In this document: piece by piece, positions 28,697 through 37,108 of the stretch
How positions within the stretch are numbered: the stretch's first letter is position 1
Layout of the letters: every line of letters starts with the position of its first letter
IMG/VR virus record: IMGVR_UViG_3300024279_000012
Coordinates: 1-37,887 of that record
Strand: one strand, 5' to 3'
Length of the DNA: 37,887 nucleotides
Source of the DNA: a virus
Taxonomy: Duplodnaviria; Caudoviricetes
Program-made: the position numbers and the translations under genes
Notes under the pieces: model-generated
Seen by the model: only the letters and a program-made list of their open reading frames with translations
What the model was told of the DNA's origin: nothing
The model's database searches: none

Positions 28697-29086
28697 ATGG
28701 TAGAAGCGATGGATCACGAATTGCGAGAGAAATTCGCGCGTCTAGAGGCCCAGGTGGAGGCATTGCAAGGCGTGCCGCAGAAGCTGGATTCCATTATCCA
28801 GCTCCAGGTCACCATGGCGAGCGTGCAAGAGAGTACGCGCGGGCAAACCGAACGGCTCTCCGCGCTGATGACCGAGGTGAAGGCCCAATCCGGCGAAATT
28901 GCCTCGGTGAGTGAGAAGGTCACCGGGCTACGCAACAAGATCGTGGGGGGGGCATTGGTGATGAGCATTCTGGTGATTCCGACCTCGGCGTTCCTGATCC
29001 GGGAATCGCGGGATCAGTTGATCACCATTGATCGCCGGGTGACCGGATTGGAGTACGAAGTGCAACGAGCAAAGGCGCCGCGATGA
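28697..29086 (+). CDS. Coiled-coil plus single TM protein (lysis-associated)
   Basis: First gene of the lysis cassette; TM IVGGALVMSILVIPTSAFLI. Confidence 0.65.
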   Translation: MVEAMDHELREKFARLEAQVEALQGVPQKLDSIIQLQVTMASVQESTRGQTERLSALMTEVKAQSGEIASVSEKVTGLRNKIVGGALVMSILVIPTSAFLIRESRDQLITIDRRVTGLEYEVQRAKAPR

Positions 29087-29559
29087 TTATCTCTATCCTG
29101 TCCCTGCTGGGTGGTGGTCTGATGCGACTGCTGCCGGAACTGTTCGGTTTCCTGAACAAGAAAACCGATAACGCGCACGAGCTGGCCATGATGGACAAGC
29201 AATTCGAGCTAGAGAAGATGCGCGGCGCGAATCAGATGGCGCAAGTGGAATTGCAAACCACATCAGAGCAGATCGTGCATATGCTGGACGCACAGGCATC
29301 GGCCTTGAAAGCACAGATGCAACTGACCGGCATGAAGATCGTGGACGCGCTGAACTTCCTGGTGCGACCATTGGCGACCTATTATGTTCTGTTTCTCTAT
29401 GGCCTCGCCAAAATGGCCATGTTCATGATCGCCATGAAAAGCGGCCTGTCCGGCTGGGAATCCATTCTCAAGCTGTACGACGAGGACGACAAGGCGATTC
29501 TGTCCGGAATTTTGGGATTTTGGTTCGTTTCCAGGGTCTTTGAGAAGGGCCGCAAGTGA
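29083..29559 (+). CDS. Putative holin (3TM type)
   Basis: Three hydrophobic segments, VRP motif, GFWF.SR..EK end; precedes the lysozyme. Confidence 0.7.
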   Translation: MIISILSLLGGGLMRLLPELFGFLNKKTDNAHELAMMDKQFELEKMRGANQMAQVELQTTSEQIVHMLDAQASALKAQMQLTGMKIVDALNFLVRPLATYYVLFLYGLAKMAMFMIAMKSGLSGWESILKLYDEDDKAILSGILGFWFVSRVFEKGRK

Positions 29560-29999
29560 AAGACGCGCTGGAGATTCTCGTCAAGCTCCTGATGCAATTT
29601 GAGGGCTGCCGCTTGACGGCCTATCGGGATGTTGCCGGAGTACTAACCATCGGCTGGGGCGAAACGCAAGGCGTCAAGCCTGGCATGGTCTGGACGCAAG
29701 CGCAGGCCGATGCGGTGCTGCGGATGCGCGTGTCGCAGTTCCTGCTCGGCGTCTATCATCGCGCGCCGATGCTTTGGCTAGAGCCGCCCGAGCGTGCTGC
29801 GGCCTGTACAAGCCTGGCCTACAACATCGGTCTTGGGGCCTTCAACGCCTCCACGGTTAAGCGCAAGACCAATGATGGATTATGGACGGAGGCAGCGAAG
29901 GCATTCCTGTTATGGAACAAGAGCGGCGGTCGCGTCTGGAACGGATTGACGAACCGCCGCAAGCGTGAGAGCGAACTGTATCTATCAGCCGGGGTTTAG
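29556..29999 (+). CDS. Endolysin, GH24 lysozyme
   Basis: E-x8-D-x5-T triad FEGCRLTAYRDVAGVLTIGWG; YNIG; GLTNRR..E. Confidence 0.95.
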   Translation: MKDALEILVKLLMQFEGCRLTAYRDVAGVLTIGWGETQGVKPGMVWTQAQADAVLRMRVSQFLLGVYHRAPMLWLEPPERAAACTSLAYNIGLGAFNASTVKRKTNDGLWTEAAKAFLLWNKSGGRVWNGLTNRRKRESELYLSAGV

Positions 30000-30006
30000 T
30001 GCGGCG

Positions 30007-30555
30007 TCACTGCTTGTCCCGCTCCTGCTGGACGGCGGCGTCGATGGCCTCGCGCTGAGTCGGGAACCATCCGATAGACTGCGACAGGCCGCCAAGCGTC
30101 CACATGCGCGGCGGACCGACTTCACATTCGCAGGCGATCAGTTCTAGGCCTCGGTCGATCAGAAATGCGAACCTCTCTGTATCCGCCTTCCCCGGTGAGG
30201 CGTAGAGCGGCACGATTGCGGCATCAATTTCGCCATCTTCGTAGCTTGCAATATGCTTTTCCGCCAGCGACCGCCGAATATAGACCGCGCCTATGCTATT
30301 GATCGTCCCATCGGCATTACCGATGTGCCACGCAACCGGCTCTTGCGCCTTCCCCGGTGAGGGGGTGGCGAGATATAGGCGAACGGCTGCGGCTGATAAC
30401 AACGCGCGGGCGTGGCCGCCGATCCCATGCGGCACCAGTGCGCCAGCATCGTTCATGCTAATAAGCGCTTTGATGCAGCTAATCAGCTGGGCGTCATCGC
30501 CGCGGAAGTCGTCGTGCAGCTCCCCATCTGCTGGGGTAGTGGCGGGGGTGGTCAT
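30007..30555 (-). CDS. Mosaic hypothetical protein
   Basis: QEPVAW..PLYA module; SPGKA linkers; ATGA coupling. Confidence 0.75.
   Translation of the reverse strand: MTTPATTPADGELHDDFRGDDAQLISCIKALISMNDAGALVPHGIGGHARALLSAAAVRLYLATPSPGKAQEPVAWHIGNADGTINSIGAVYIRRSLAEKHIASYEDGEIDAAIVPLYASPGKADTERFAFLIDRGLELIACECEVGPPRMWTLGGLSQSIGWFPTQREAIDAAVQQERDKQ
30530..30554. repeat. 25-bp direct repeat, copy 1
   Basis: GCTGGGGTAGTGGCGGGGGTGGTCA identical to 31979-32003. Confidence 0.9.
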
Positions 30556-30845
30556 GCGGACTCTCCGGTTGCCTTGGCGATGGCGGCGCGAGCGAGGCGC
30601 AGCCCATAGGTTTCCTGCAGGCCGAACTCGACTTCGAGTTGCTTCAACGCTTCCAGCAGCTCCGGCGCGGCGGCTATCAGGCGTGCATCGGCGTGCTTTT
30701 GTGGCATAGGCTTATCTGCTGCATAGCTCATGCGCGCTATCACGGCATCGCCTGGGCCGAGAATCTTTGCCCCATTAGCGCTGTTCGGGTGGCGGTGCTG
30801 CATCCGCCAAGGTCCCGGCGTGTGTTTCGTGTTGTTGGTCGTCAT
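30552..30845 (-). CDS. Hypothetical phage protein (HTPGPW family)
   Basis: KHTPGPW..DARLIAAAPELLEAL..AIAKATG. Confidence 0.85.
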   Translation of the reverse strand: MTTNNTKHTPGPWRMQHRHPNSANGAKILGPGDAVIARMSYAADKPMPQKHADARLIAAAPELLEALKQLEVEFGLQETYGLRLARAAIAKATGESA

Positions 30846-31600
30846 GCTGCCTCCAGTGCAAAGCCTTGTTGGATGGGGGCGGCGGCGCGTTCCCAGAACG
30901 TCAGAGACTGCCGCGATTCGATGCGCTCGCGCAGCACCTGAGCGCGGGATTCCTTGCTGGCCGGGGTGTACGGGCCGCGCCATTTGCTGTCGATGCCGAT
31001 GTTCTGGCCGATGTTCGTACTGTCGGCGCTGGCAAAGGGAAAGCGGCTAAAGACTTCCGGGTCCAGCATGCGCAGGCCATGCAGCTTGCACACTGGCCGC
31101 CCGCTCTTGTCGCACAGCACGTCCATGGCTTCGGCCATGCGAATCCACCATGCCGACGTGCCAACCTGGGCGAAGTCGCCCGAACTGCCGAGACAGATGC
31201 GCGGCCATGCCATCGCCAGTCGCTCCAGCCTCTCTAGGCTCTCATGCAGGTGCCACACCGGGGCGCCGACCCACGGTGCGCGCTCGCGCCACGGCCACTC
31301 AGCAAGCAGCGCGTCATTCGCGTCCTCGTCGCCGTCGATCACGTCCGGGATGACAGCGAAGTCGAAGGACGGATAGCGATGCAGTTCAGCCACCCACTCG
31401 TAATAGGGCTGCCAGTCGGTGACCGGCTTTCCCGACTTCCAGGCCGAGAAGGCGCCGTTGTCGACCGCGAACGATTGCGCGACCTCCAGCACGATGCCAA
31501 GTTGCTCAGGACGCGCGAAGGACACGAACGCATGGCCGGCCCAGATGGCTCTTGCGGCGGCGGTTGTCGGCGTGATGGGAGTCCCGTGATATGGCGTCAT
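30842..31600 (-). CDS. TGT/DpdA-like guanine transglycosylase (TIM barrel)
   Basis: DNGAFS, PDVIDG, PVWH, LGS, LHGL, SADS motifs in the order expected for the TGT/DpdA fold. Confidence 0.7.
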   Translation of the reverse strand: MTPYHGTPITPTTAAARAIWAGHAFVSFARPEQLGIVLEVAQSFAVDNGAFSAWKSGKPVTDWQPYYEWVAELHRYPSFDFAVIPDVIDGDEDANDALLAEWPWRERAPWVGAPVWHLHESLERLERLAMAWPRICLGSSGDFAQVGTSAWWIRMAEAMDVLCDKSGRPVCKLHGLRMLDPEVFSRFPFASADSTNIGQNIGIDSKWRGPYTPASKESRAQVLRERIESRQSLTFWERAAAPIQQGFALEAA

Positions 31601-32004
31601 GCCGGTTCCTTTACGTAGAGCTGCACATCCTTGTCGCTGGTTCTCGGTCCAATCTGCGCCACCACCGAAACGCCAGACTCCAGAATCCGGCGATGCGCCG
31701 TGCTGATATGCGCCAGTTCAACTAGGCCCGATTCTTCCGGGAAGCCGCGCCGCGTCTCAATATCGACCCCATGGTGATGCGCCCTCAGCGTTTGCTTGCC
31801 GCCAAACCGATCATGCAGTTCATCGGCGATGTCCTCGTGGAACGAATTGGCTAGCAGGCTGGTTGCCGTGACGATGTGCTCGACGTGGATCACCTCAGCG
31901 GTTTCGATCTCCAGCGAATAGATGATGTGCAGTCCATTGTTCGGGCAGTGGCTCACGAATTGCAGGCGGTAGATGTTCGCTGGGGTAGTGGCGGGGGTGG
32001 TCAC
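31597..32004 (-). CDS. QueF-like T-fold protein
   Basis: FVSHCPNNG, VE, FHEDIADEL resemble QueF FxSxCP..E..FHE. Confidence 0.6.
   Translation of the reverse strand: MTTPATTPANIYRLQFVSHCPNNGLHIIYSLEIETAEVIHVEHIVTATSLLANSFHEDIADELHDRFGGKQTLRAHHHGVDIETRRGFPEESGLVELAHISTAHRRILESGVSVVAQIGPRTSDKDVQLYVKEPA
31979..32003. repeat. 25-bp direct repeat, copy 2
   Basis: Identical to 30530-30554. Confidence 0.9.
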
Positions 32005-32228
32005 AGGTCGTCCTCGTCAATGGCGGTGGCGTACTGCGGGCGATAGCTGCCCCGCAACCAGAAGTCCTTGTCGCAGGAGGCGACAGGGCAGTGCACCTCC
32101 AAGGTGGTCTCGTTCGGTGCGGCGGCCCACAGGTCGTCGGTGTTGTCGTTCATGTCATCGACATCGAACTCATGGCCGCAGTGCGGGCACACCGGCATCA
32201 GGGTCTGATCAGGTTTGTCAGACATCAT
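32001..32228 (-). CDS. Small zinc-ribbon protein
   Basis: CPHCG..CPVASC. Confidence 0.75.
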   Translation of the reverse strand: MMSDKPDQTLMPVCPHCGHEFDVDDMNDNTDDLWAAAPNETTLEVHCPVASCDKDFWLRGSYRPQYATAIDEDDL

Positions 32229-33436
32229 GCGTCCTTGTTCTGGTTGGGAGAATCAGCGGCGGCACGCCGGATATTTCCCATGCGCTCGGATGCGGTCAGG
32301 TAGCCCTCTTTAATCCCTGCTGTCAGCGTCCATACGGCCCCTGACGCCGATTCCATCTTTACTCGACTGAGGCCCAGGAAATCGCTTTCGAGCGGGCCGG
32401 AAAATCGCAGGCGCTCGCCTGTCTCTGGATCGGTCAGCAACCATTGAGATAGTTGCTCAGCATCCCTCTCCACCTCTGCCCGCGAGGACGATGCGCGGGC
32501 CGATGGATAAGCAGCGCGAGCAACAGCTAATGCGAACTCCACAAGATGCAAGCGAAGGTGTTTCGTTTCCTCACCGAACCACGGCTGCGCGATTTCGAGA
32601 ATGGTCTTCTCCGACAGCGCCACACCCTGCCGGTCAGCCCGATCCGCCGCAATCGCATCGGCAATCGCCGCTTTCCGGCTCGCATCGTTCGTCACGTATT
32701 GCCGAGTGTTCTCCAGAAAAGCTGCGATGGCGCGATGCTCGATGTCGCGCGCGAACCGAATATGTCGACTCCACCCCGGACGACCCGGACCGTCTTTGCA
32801 GGCTTCATCCCATCGCCGCTGAATATCCTCGTCCGACAGCGCCTGCCGGTCAGCGCGCGCAGGCTCTGCGACTGTGAATGCCTCGCCCTGGATAGCCGGC
32901 TCCGGCTCCTCAAATTCGATGGGCTTGCCTTGCAGAACGGCCTTGGCGATGCTCCCGTCCTCAACCGTTGCGGTGCCAGCTTCGTCGCACCAGAAGTTCA
33001 CCGGCTCGCCGGATACCGTGTCCCAAGCGGTGTCGTCGGATAGGTTGAAGTGCTGCCCACTCGCATAGAAGCGCAATGCATAAAGGACGGCCAAGGGCAG
33101 CGCGGTAGGCGATGCGGGCTGACCGGTGAGCATGGCGCGTGTATTGGCAACCCACGGATTGTCCGGGGCGAACTCTTTCAGCGCCATCATGCCGGCCTGC
33201 AAGTGCTCGCGCATGTCCACCGTCAGCGCGGCGGGCGATGCGCTCGGCGCAGGGGCGACGAGTTTAGCGATGCGCGCCACCACTTCGCTATCTGCCCATT
33301 CGGTATCGCAGTCCAAGCTGCTATGGCCCAGCGGATGGCCGGCGCTCAATCCGTCGCTAAAAGCCAGTTTCCACGCTTCATCCCATGCGGCTTTGGCGAT
33401 GGATGAAATATCGTCTGTTTGGCTGTTCTCGCTCAT
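32225..33436 (-). CDS. Mosaic (Ea22/Eaa-style) hypothetical protein
   Basis: RBS GAGGGG; repeated linkers ASP(A/T)AL and RADRQ..ALS. Confidence 0.8.
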   Translation of the reverse strand: MSENSQTDDISSIAKAAWDEAWKLAFSDGLSAGHPLGHSSLDCDTEWADSEVVARIAKLVAPAPSASPAALTVDMREHLQAGMMALKEFAPDNPWVANTRAMLTGQPASPTALPLAVLYALRFYASGQHFNLSDDTAWDTVSGEPVNFWCDEAGTATVEDGSIAKAVLQGKPIEFEEPEPAIQGEAFTVAEPARADRQALSDEDIQRRWDEACKDGPGRPGWSRHIRFARDIEHRAIAAFLENTRQYVTNDASRKAAIADAIAADRADRQGVALSEKTILEIAQPWFGEETKHLRLHLVEFALAVARAAYPSARASSSRAEVERDAEQLSQWLLTDPETGERLRFSGPLESDFLGLSRVKMESASGAVWTLTAGIKEGYLTASERMGNIRRAAADSPNQNKDA

Positions 33437-33457
33437 TTCTTCCCCTCGTTATCGTGA

Positions 33458-33667
33458 TTACTTCTTCACCATGCGCTTGCGCACGCTATCCAGCCCGCGC
33501 AGCGTCTTCTGCCTCGGCACGTCATAGGTGCCCGAGCAAATGTTCGTCAGCGTACGGATGCTCACCTTGGACTTCTGCGCGATCACTAGCCATTTGCTGG
33601 AGCCGTCCGGCATGCGCTCGCCTCGGCTGGCCTGCAGCCATTGGCGGATTTCGTTGATATCTGTCAT
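33458..33667 (-). CDS. XRE-like HTH protein
   Basis: IAQKSKVSIRTLTNICSG..P...TL; RBS GGGGAG; own promoter. Confidence 0.75.
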   Translation of the reverse strand: MTDINEIRQWLQASRGERMPDGSSKWLVIAQKSKVSIRTLTNICSGTYDVPRQKTLRGLDSVRKRMVKK

Positions 33668-33691
33668 TTGTGCTCCCCGTTTCGTGGTTAG

Positions 33692-33721
33692 ATTGTAGCT
33701 TATATGCGCGCAGTTATGCAA
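33692..33721 (-). promoter_or_regulatory. Sigma70-type promoter with operator
   Basis: TTGCAT-18-TACAAT; first 17 bp identical to 3314-3330. Confidence 0.7.
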
Positions 33722-34049
33722 GGTATCTGCGCGTGTCTTCCAGCAAATCAAGTTCCGTGAATCCGTAATGCTTCGGGAAGCCTTTCGTGCCTAGCCCATG
33801 CACGCCCGTCGCGCCCCGGTGATGCTCGGGGCAAAGCGGCATCGTATCCTCATCACTAGCCCGCTTGCTTCCCTGGCCCGCACGCTGATGATGCACTTCC
33901 ACGCCATAGGTCAGGAATCCAAGGCGTCTGCAAACGGCGCAAGGGAGCTGGGCGACACGGCCCATATGCTCCTTGGCTGCTGCAGGCTTCGCCTTGCGCG
34001 CCTTCTTCTTGAAAGTCGTTCGCTTAAGCGGAGTCTTCCGGTTCAGCAT
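33714..34049 (-). CDS. Ref-family recombination enhancement HNH nuclease
   Basis: VAQLPCAVC..EVHH..PLCPEHHRG..GVH. Confidence 0.85.
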   Translation of the reverse strand: MLNRKTPLKRTTFKKKARKAKPAAAKEHMGRVAQLPCAVCRRLGFLTYGVEVHHQRAGQGSKRASDEDTMPLCPEHHRGATGVHGLGTKGFPKHYGFTELDLLEDTRRYLA

Positions 34050-34564
34050 GGGTTAAACATCCAGCTTGCAGCCAAGTCCGCCATCCGGTGCGCAGGCTTG
34101 ATTGGCGATTTGCGTCGCTTGCGCTGCTTCTCACGGTACTTTGCCTGACTGACTTCCGTCGGCACCTTAGGAGGCCGCTTAGCATCTGGCGCGTCCCCCA
34201 GTGCCCAAACAGGAATCGGGGCGCCTGTCGCCGTTTCTTCCCACGCGAAGATATAAATCTGCCTGCGGATTTTGTCATGCGCGCGGCGGTGCGTGGTCTT
34301 GTTCAAATCCAGTGCTGCGCGAATTTTGGGCGTGGAGAGTGGCCCATTACGCAGCAGATCCAAGATGGATTCGGCGCGCTCATAGACGTGCGGGTACAGT
34401 AGCTGCATGCGGATATTGCGGCCACCCAATCTCAGCTTGAGTGCGCGCTTGTGAATCGCCGCCACGCTGCGGCCTTCCGGTGCCCACATTGCTACCGGAG
34501 CCTCGGTGCCCCAATTGGCGACGAGGATGGCGTCTTCCTCGGCTGTCCAAAGTACTCTGCTCAT
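34043..34564 (-). CDS. Hypothetical DNA-binding protein
   Basis: WTAEEDAIL..GRSVAAI..RA..L (Myb/GcrA-like) plus a wHTH-like second half. Confidence 0.7.
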   Translation of the reverse strand: MSRVLWTAEEDAILVANWGTEAPVAMWAPEGRSVAAIHKRALKLRLGGRNIRMQLLYPHVYERAESILDLLRNGPLSTPKIRAALDLNKTTHRRAHDKIRRQIYIFAWEETATGAPIPVWALGDAPDAKRPPKVPTEVSQAKYREKQRKRRKSPIKPAHRMADLAASWMFNPC

Positions 34565-34902
34565 ATCGTCTTCGCCTCAAATCGCCGGGAGCTTTCCAGG
34601 CTTCTCCAGCATTCAATCTTGGCTTGCGCCGCCACAATCATCCAGCGCAAGCGTTCTTCTTCTTCCGTGGCCGCTTTCAGCGCATCCAGCAATGCCAAGT
34701 AATCCGGATGGCTATAAGCCTCCCTCTCTTGGGCTGCCGCGCTCGGATACTCTTTCTCAACAGCCTTCATGAGCATGGCTTTCTTGCTCTTGCGGAATTC
34801 CTCCAGGTACACGCGCTCGGCTTTGGCTTTCGCGTAAGCTGGCGCGGTGTCCCGAAGGTAGTCGAGCGCTTTAAATATGTTAATGCTGATATCGTCACTC
34901 AT
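34561..34902 (-). CDS. Helical hypothetical protein (possible recombination mediator)
   Basis: YAKAKAERVYLEEFRKSKKA..EREAYSHPDY; near the SSAP gene. Confidence 0.75.
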   Translation of the reverse strand: MSDDISINIFKALDYLRDTAPAYAKAKAERVYLEEFRKSKKAMLMKAVEKEYPSAAAQEREAYSHPDYLALLDALKAATEEEERLRWMIVAAQAKIECWRSLESSRRFEAKTI

Positions 34903-35183
34903 TGCGGGAACGCCATCGGGCGAATCAGGGCCAGTTGTTGGGTCAGCTCCTCAATCTCGCCAACCATCTCCGCCATGCGGGCCAGGTTGTCGTGCATGAA
35001 AGCAAAGTGCCGTTCGGTGTCGGTCGCGCCCTGAATGTCGCGTAGTACCGAGGTGGCGGCGTTGTTCTGCGATTCGCACATGTCGCGCAGAGACTTCAGC
35101 GCCGTTTCGCGGGCAGCGCGGACGATGGAATATTGACCGCGTGCAATGATCTGCTCGGCGGCGATTTCGTTAAAGTCGATCAT
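34899..35183 (-). CDS. Hypothetical protein
   Basis: ATGA coupling on both sides. Confidence 0.75.
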   Translation of the reverse strand: MIDFNEIAAEQIIARGQYSIVRAARETALKSLRDMCESQNNAATSVLRDIQGATDTERHFAFMHDNLARMAEMVGEIEELTQQLALIRPMAFPQ

Positions 35184-35860
35184 GCTTGTGACCCCAAGAG
35201 TATTGCCTTGCGAGCTGCGCAGGCGTCCGCCACCTTGGCCATCTGCTCCGGGCTGGCGCCTTGGTCTTGTGCCTGGTGATACAGGTTAGTCAGCGCCTTG
35301 ACCGATCCCGCATTAGCGATCAGCGAAAACGTTTCGTTGGAATCGAACGGCGCGGCGCGGCGATGCGGCTTATGCTCGGGCTGGTATTCGATGCTGTCGC
35401 GCTCGGGATCGTCGCCCGTTTCCAGGCAGAAGACTTTCAGCAGCGCATACTTGAAGGCGTAGGACACGGCCTTGCCCGGCCCCTTGTCCTGCGGATCGAT
35501 GCCATAGCCAAACGATTCCACTTCGATTGCGTCCTCGGGCTGATCGACATTGACGAAACGCACCATGATCGTCGCTTCGGTGCGGTTGCCGTCCTGCGTA
35601 TGCTCCTTGACGCTGACAACCGGCATGATGCCGTGCTTCAGCAGCGCGGGCCGGATCTTGGCTGTGACCGCATCGTGGGACACGAAGGTGTACTGATTAT
35701 TCACCTTCTTGTCTTCCTTCTGCACGTACGACACGTCATTCATGACTGCCGCCATGCGCTGATAGATATTCAACATGCTCCCCTCCTGTTCCTGTTGTTC
35801 CTGAGCACCGCGCTCCTGGAATTCACGCAATCCCCCATCGTTGTTATCGTCGTACATCAT
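35180..35860 (-). CDS. erf: ERF-family single-strand annealing protein
   Basis: DKGPGKAVSYAFKYALLKVFCLETGDDP; start 35860 (coupled) or 35776. Confidence 0.88.
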   Translation of the reverse strand: MMYDDNNDGGLREFQERGAQEQQEQEGSMLNIYQRMAAVMNDVSYVQKEDKKVNNQYTFVSHDAVTAKIRPALLKHGIMPVVSVKEHTQDGNRTEATIMVRFVNVDQPEDAIEVESFGYGIDPQDKGPGKAVSYAFKYALLKVFCLETGDDPERDSIEYQPEHKPHRRAAPFDSNETFSLIANAGSVKALTNLYHQAQDQGASPEQMAKVADACAARKAILLGSQA

Positions 35861-36009
35861 CCCCTCCAGCCCAGCATCAGGCCAAGCAGTATGCCAATCC
35901 CCAGCGCCCAGACCCAAGACAGCGCGCTATTGCCGTTTGCGCCGAGGCGCGTATCTTCGCCCCACGCTTCCCGCATCGTGCGCGGTGTCTTCAGATGGCT
36001 GATTTTCAT
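35857..36009 (-). CDS. 50-aa membrane protein
   Basis: MKISHLKTPRTMREAWG..WVWALGIGILLGLMLGWRG; RBS GGAGG. Confidence 0.65.
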   Translation of the reverse strand: MKISHLKTPRTMREAWGEDTRLGANGNSALSWVWALGIGILLGLMLGWRG

Positions 36010-36173
36010 GATACGAGCACCTCCCTAGTGATCGGATTGCCGTCCTCGTCCGATACACAAGCGAAGCCAGCCTTGCGCAGCTCGTCTAGCGCTTCGTCCA
36101 AGGTTTCGCCGCAGAACCGCTCCTCGCGTTCGTAGCCAGCCGGGCCGGCAACTAGAATCTTCCAGGCTTTCAT
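36006..36173 (-). CDS. 55-aa hypothetical protein
   Basis: MKAWKILVAGPAGYERE..; ATGA coupling on both sides. Confidence 0.6.
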   Translation of the reverse strand: MKAWKILVAGPAGYEREERFCGETLDEALDELRKAGFACVSDEDGNPITREVLVS

Positions 36174-36505
36174 GCTTCCCCCGTGTACTCGATGGCCTGC
36201 AACTTGCCGATCTGATCCTCGATTTCGTTGATACGGCGCTGGAAATTGGCGCGCAATTGCGTGCGCTCGGCTTCCAGTTGCTGAATTCGCAGCGTCCTGG
36301 CATCCAGATCCGGAATCTCGACCGTGAACGAATGCTCGGCAACCTTCTTATAGCCGGACCATGTCTCCACGCCACGGCCTTCCTTGACTGCGGCCTCGTA
36401 ATCGAAACTATCAAACTTGTATTGGATACCTTGACCGTCCCAAGTAGGAGCCGCCCAAATCCAGCCCTTAATTTCGATCGTCTTCGTCTCGTTGCTCATT
36501 TTCAT
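36170..36505 (-). CDS. Hypothetical protein with C-terminal coiled coil
   Basis: RBS GAGGG; IEDQIGKLQAIEY end. Confidence 0.8.
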   Translation of the reverse strand: MKMSNETKTIEIKGWIWAAPTWDGQGIQYKFDSFDYEAAVKEGRGVETWSGYKKVAEHSFTVEIPDLDARTLRIQQLEAERTQLRANFQRRINEIEDQIGKLQAIEYTGEA

Positions 36506-36768
36506 CCCCTCGCAGCTTCGGTCACTTCGTCGGTGTAGTTGTCTTCCATCCACTTGCCCCACTTCTCGGGCCAGGTCTTCCACGGCTCGCCAATCAGCGT
36601 CTTGTTCTCCAGAATCTGCACGTCGAACAGCGAGATGATATCCGGCTGACCGGGTTCGCCCGGGTCGCCGTTGCGCTCATAGCGCGTCTCCGGATAGCCC
36701 TTGGTGTATTCAAACGTGAGCTGCAGCAGCAGCCCATCGTCGCACTCATGTTCGATCTTGATCAGCAT
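36502..36768 (-). CDS. Hypothetical acidic protein
   Basis: RBS AAGGGG. Confidence 0.75.
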   Translation of the reverse strand: MLIKIEHECDDGLLLQLTFEYTKGYPETRYERNGDPGEPGQPDIISLFDVQILENKTLIGEPWKTWPEKWGKWMEDNYTDEVTEAARG

Positions 36769-36779
36769 GGCTATTCCCC

Positions 36780-36956
36780 TTAGCGATACATGATGAGCGG
36801 CAGCGCGATGCCATCGGCGGCCAGGTTAGCGGAGACGTGGCTGAATGGCTTCGGAATGTTCCTCCACGCCTTGCTGAACCGAAAGCCGGTCCAGCGAAGC
36901 ACCGTCTTGCCGATGATGATGCCCGCGATGTGCTGGGCGTTGTCTTTGATGTTCAT
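36780..36956 (-). CDS. Hypothetical protein, first gene of the leftward operon
   Basis: RBS GAGGGG downstream of a strong promoter. Confidence 0.65.
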   Translation of the reverse strand: MNIKDNAQHIAGIIIGKTVLRWTGFRFSKAWRNIPKPFSHVSANLAADGIALPLIMYR

Positions 36957-36992
36957 TTCGCTTCCCCTCGTTGTGTTGTGCTGATGGGCTCT

Positions 36993-37021
36993 ACTGTAGC
37001 TACCTGCCCGCAGGTTGTCAA
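36993..37021 (-). promoter_or_regulatory. Major leftward promoter with operator
   Basis: TTGACA-17-TACAGT; near-palindrome ACCTGCGGGCAGGT in the spacer. Confidence 0.8.
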
Positions 37022-37067
37022 GCACTGCGCACGCAGAACATATCTTGTAAATGCGCGCAGGTTTCAC

Positions 37068-37096
37068 TTGTGCATCATCCCTCCATGTACTAGTAT
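37068..37096 (+). promoter_or_regulatory. Divergent rightward promoter candidate
   Basis: TTGTGC-17-TAGTAT; TGCGCGCAG just upstream (37052-37060). Confidence 0.5.
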
Positions 37097-37108
37097 TGAA
37101 TCAGCCGG

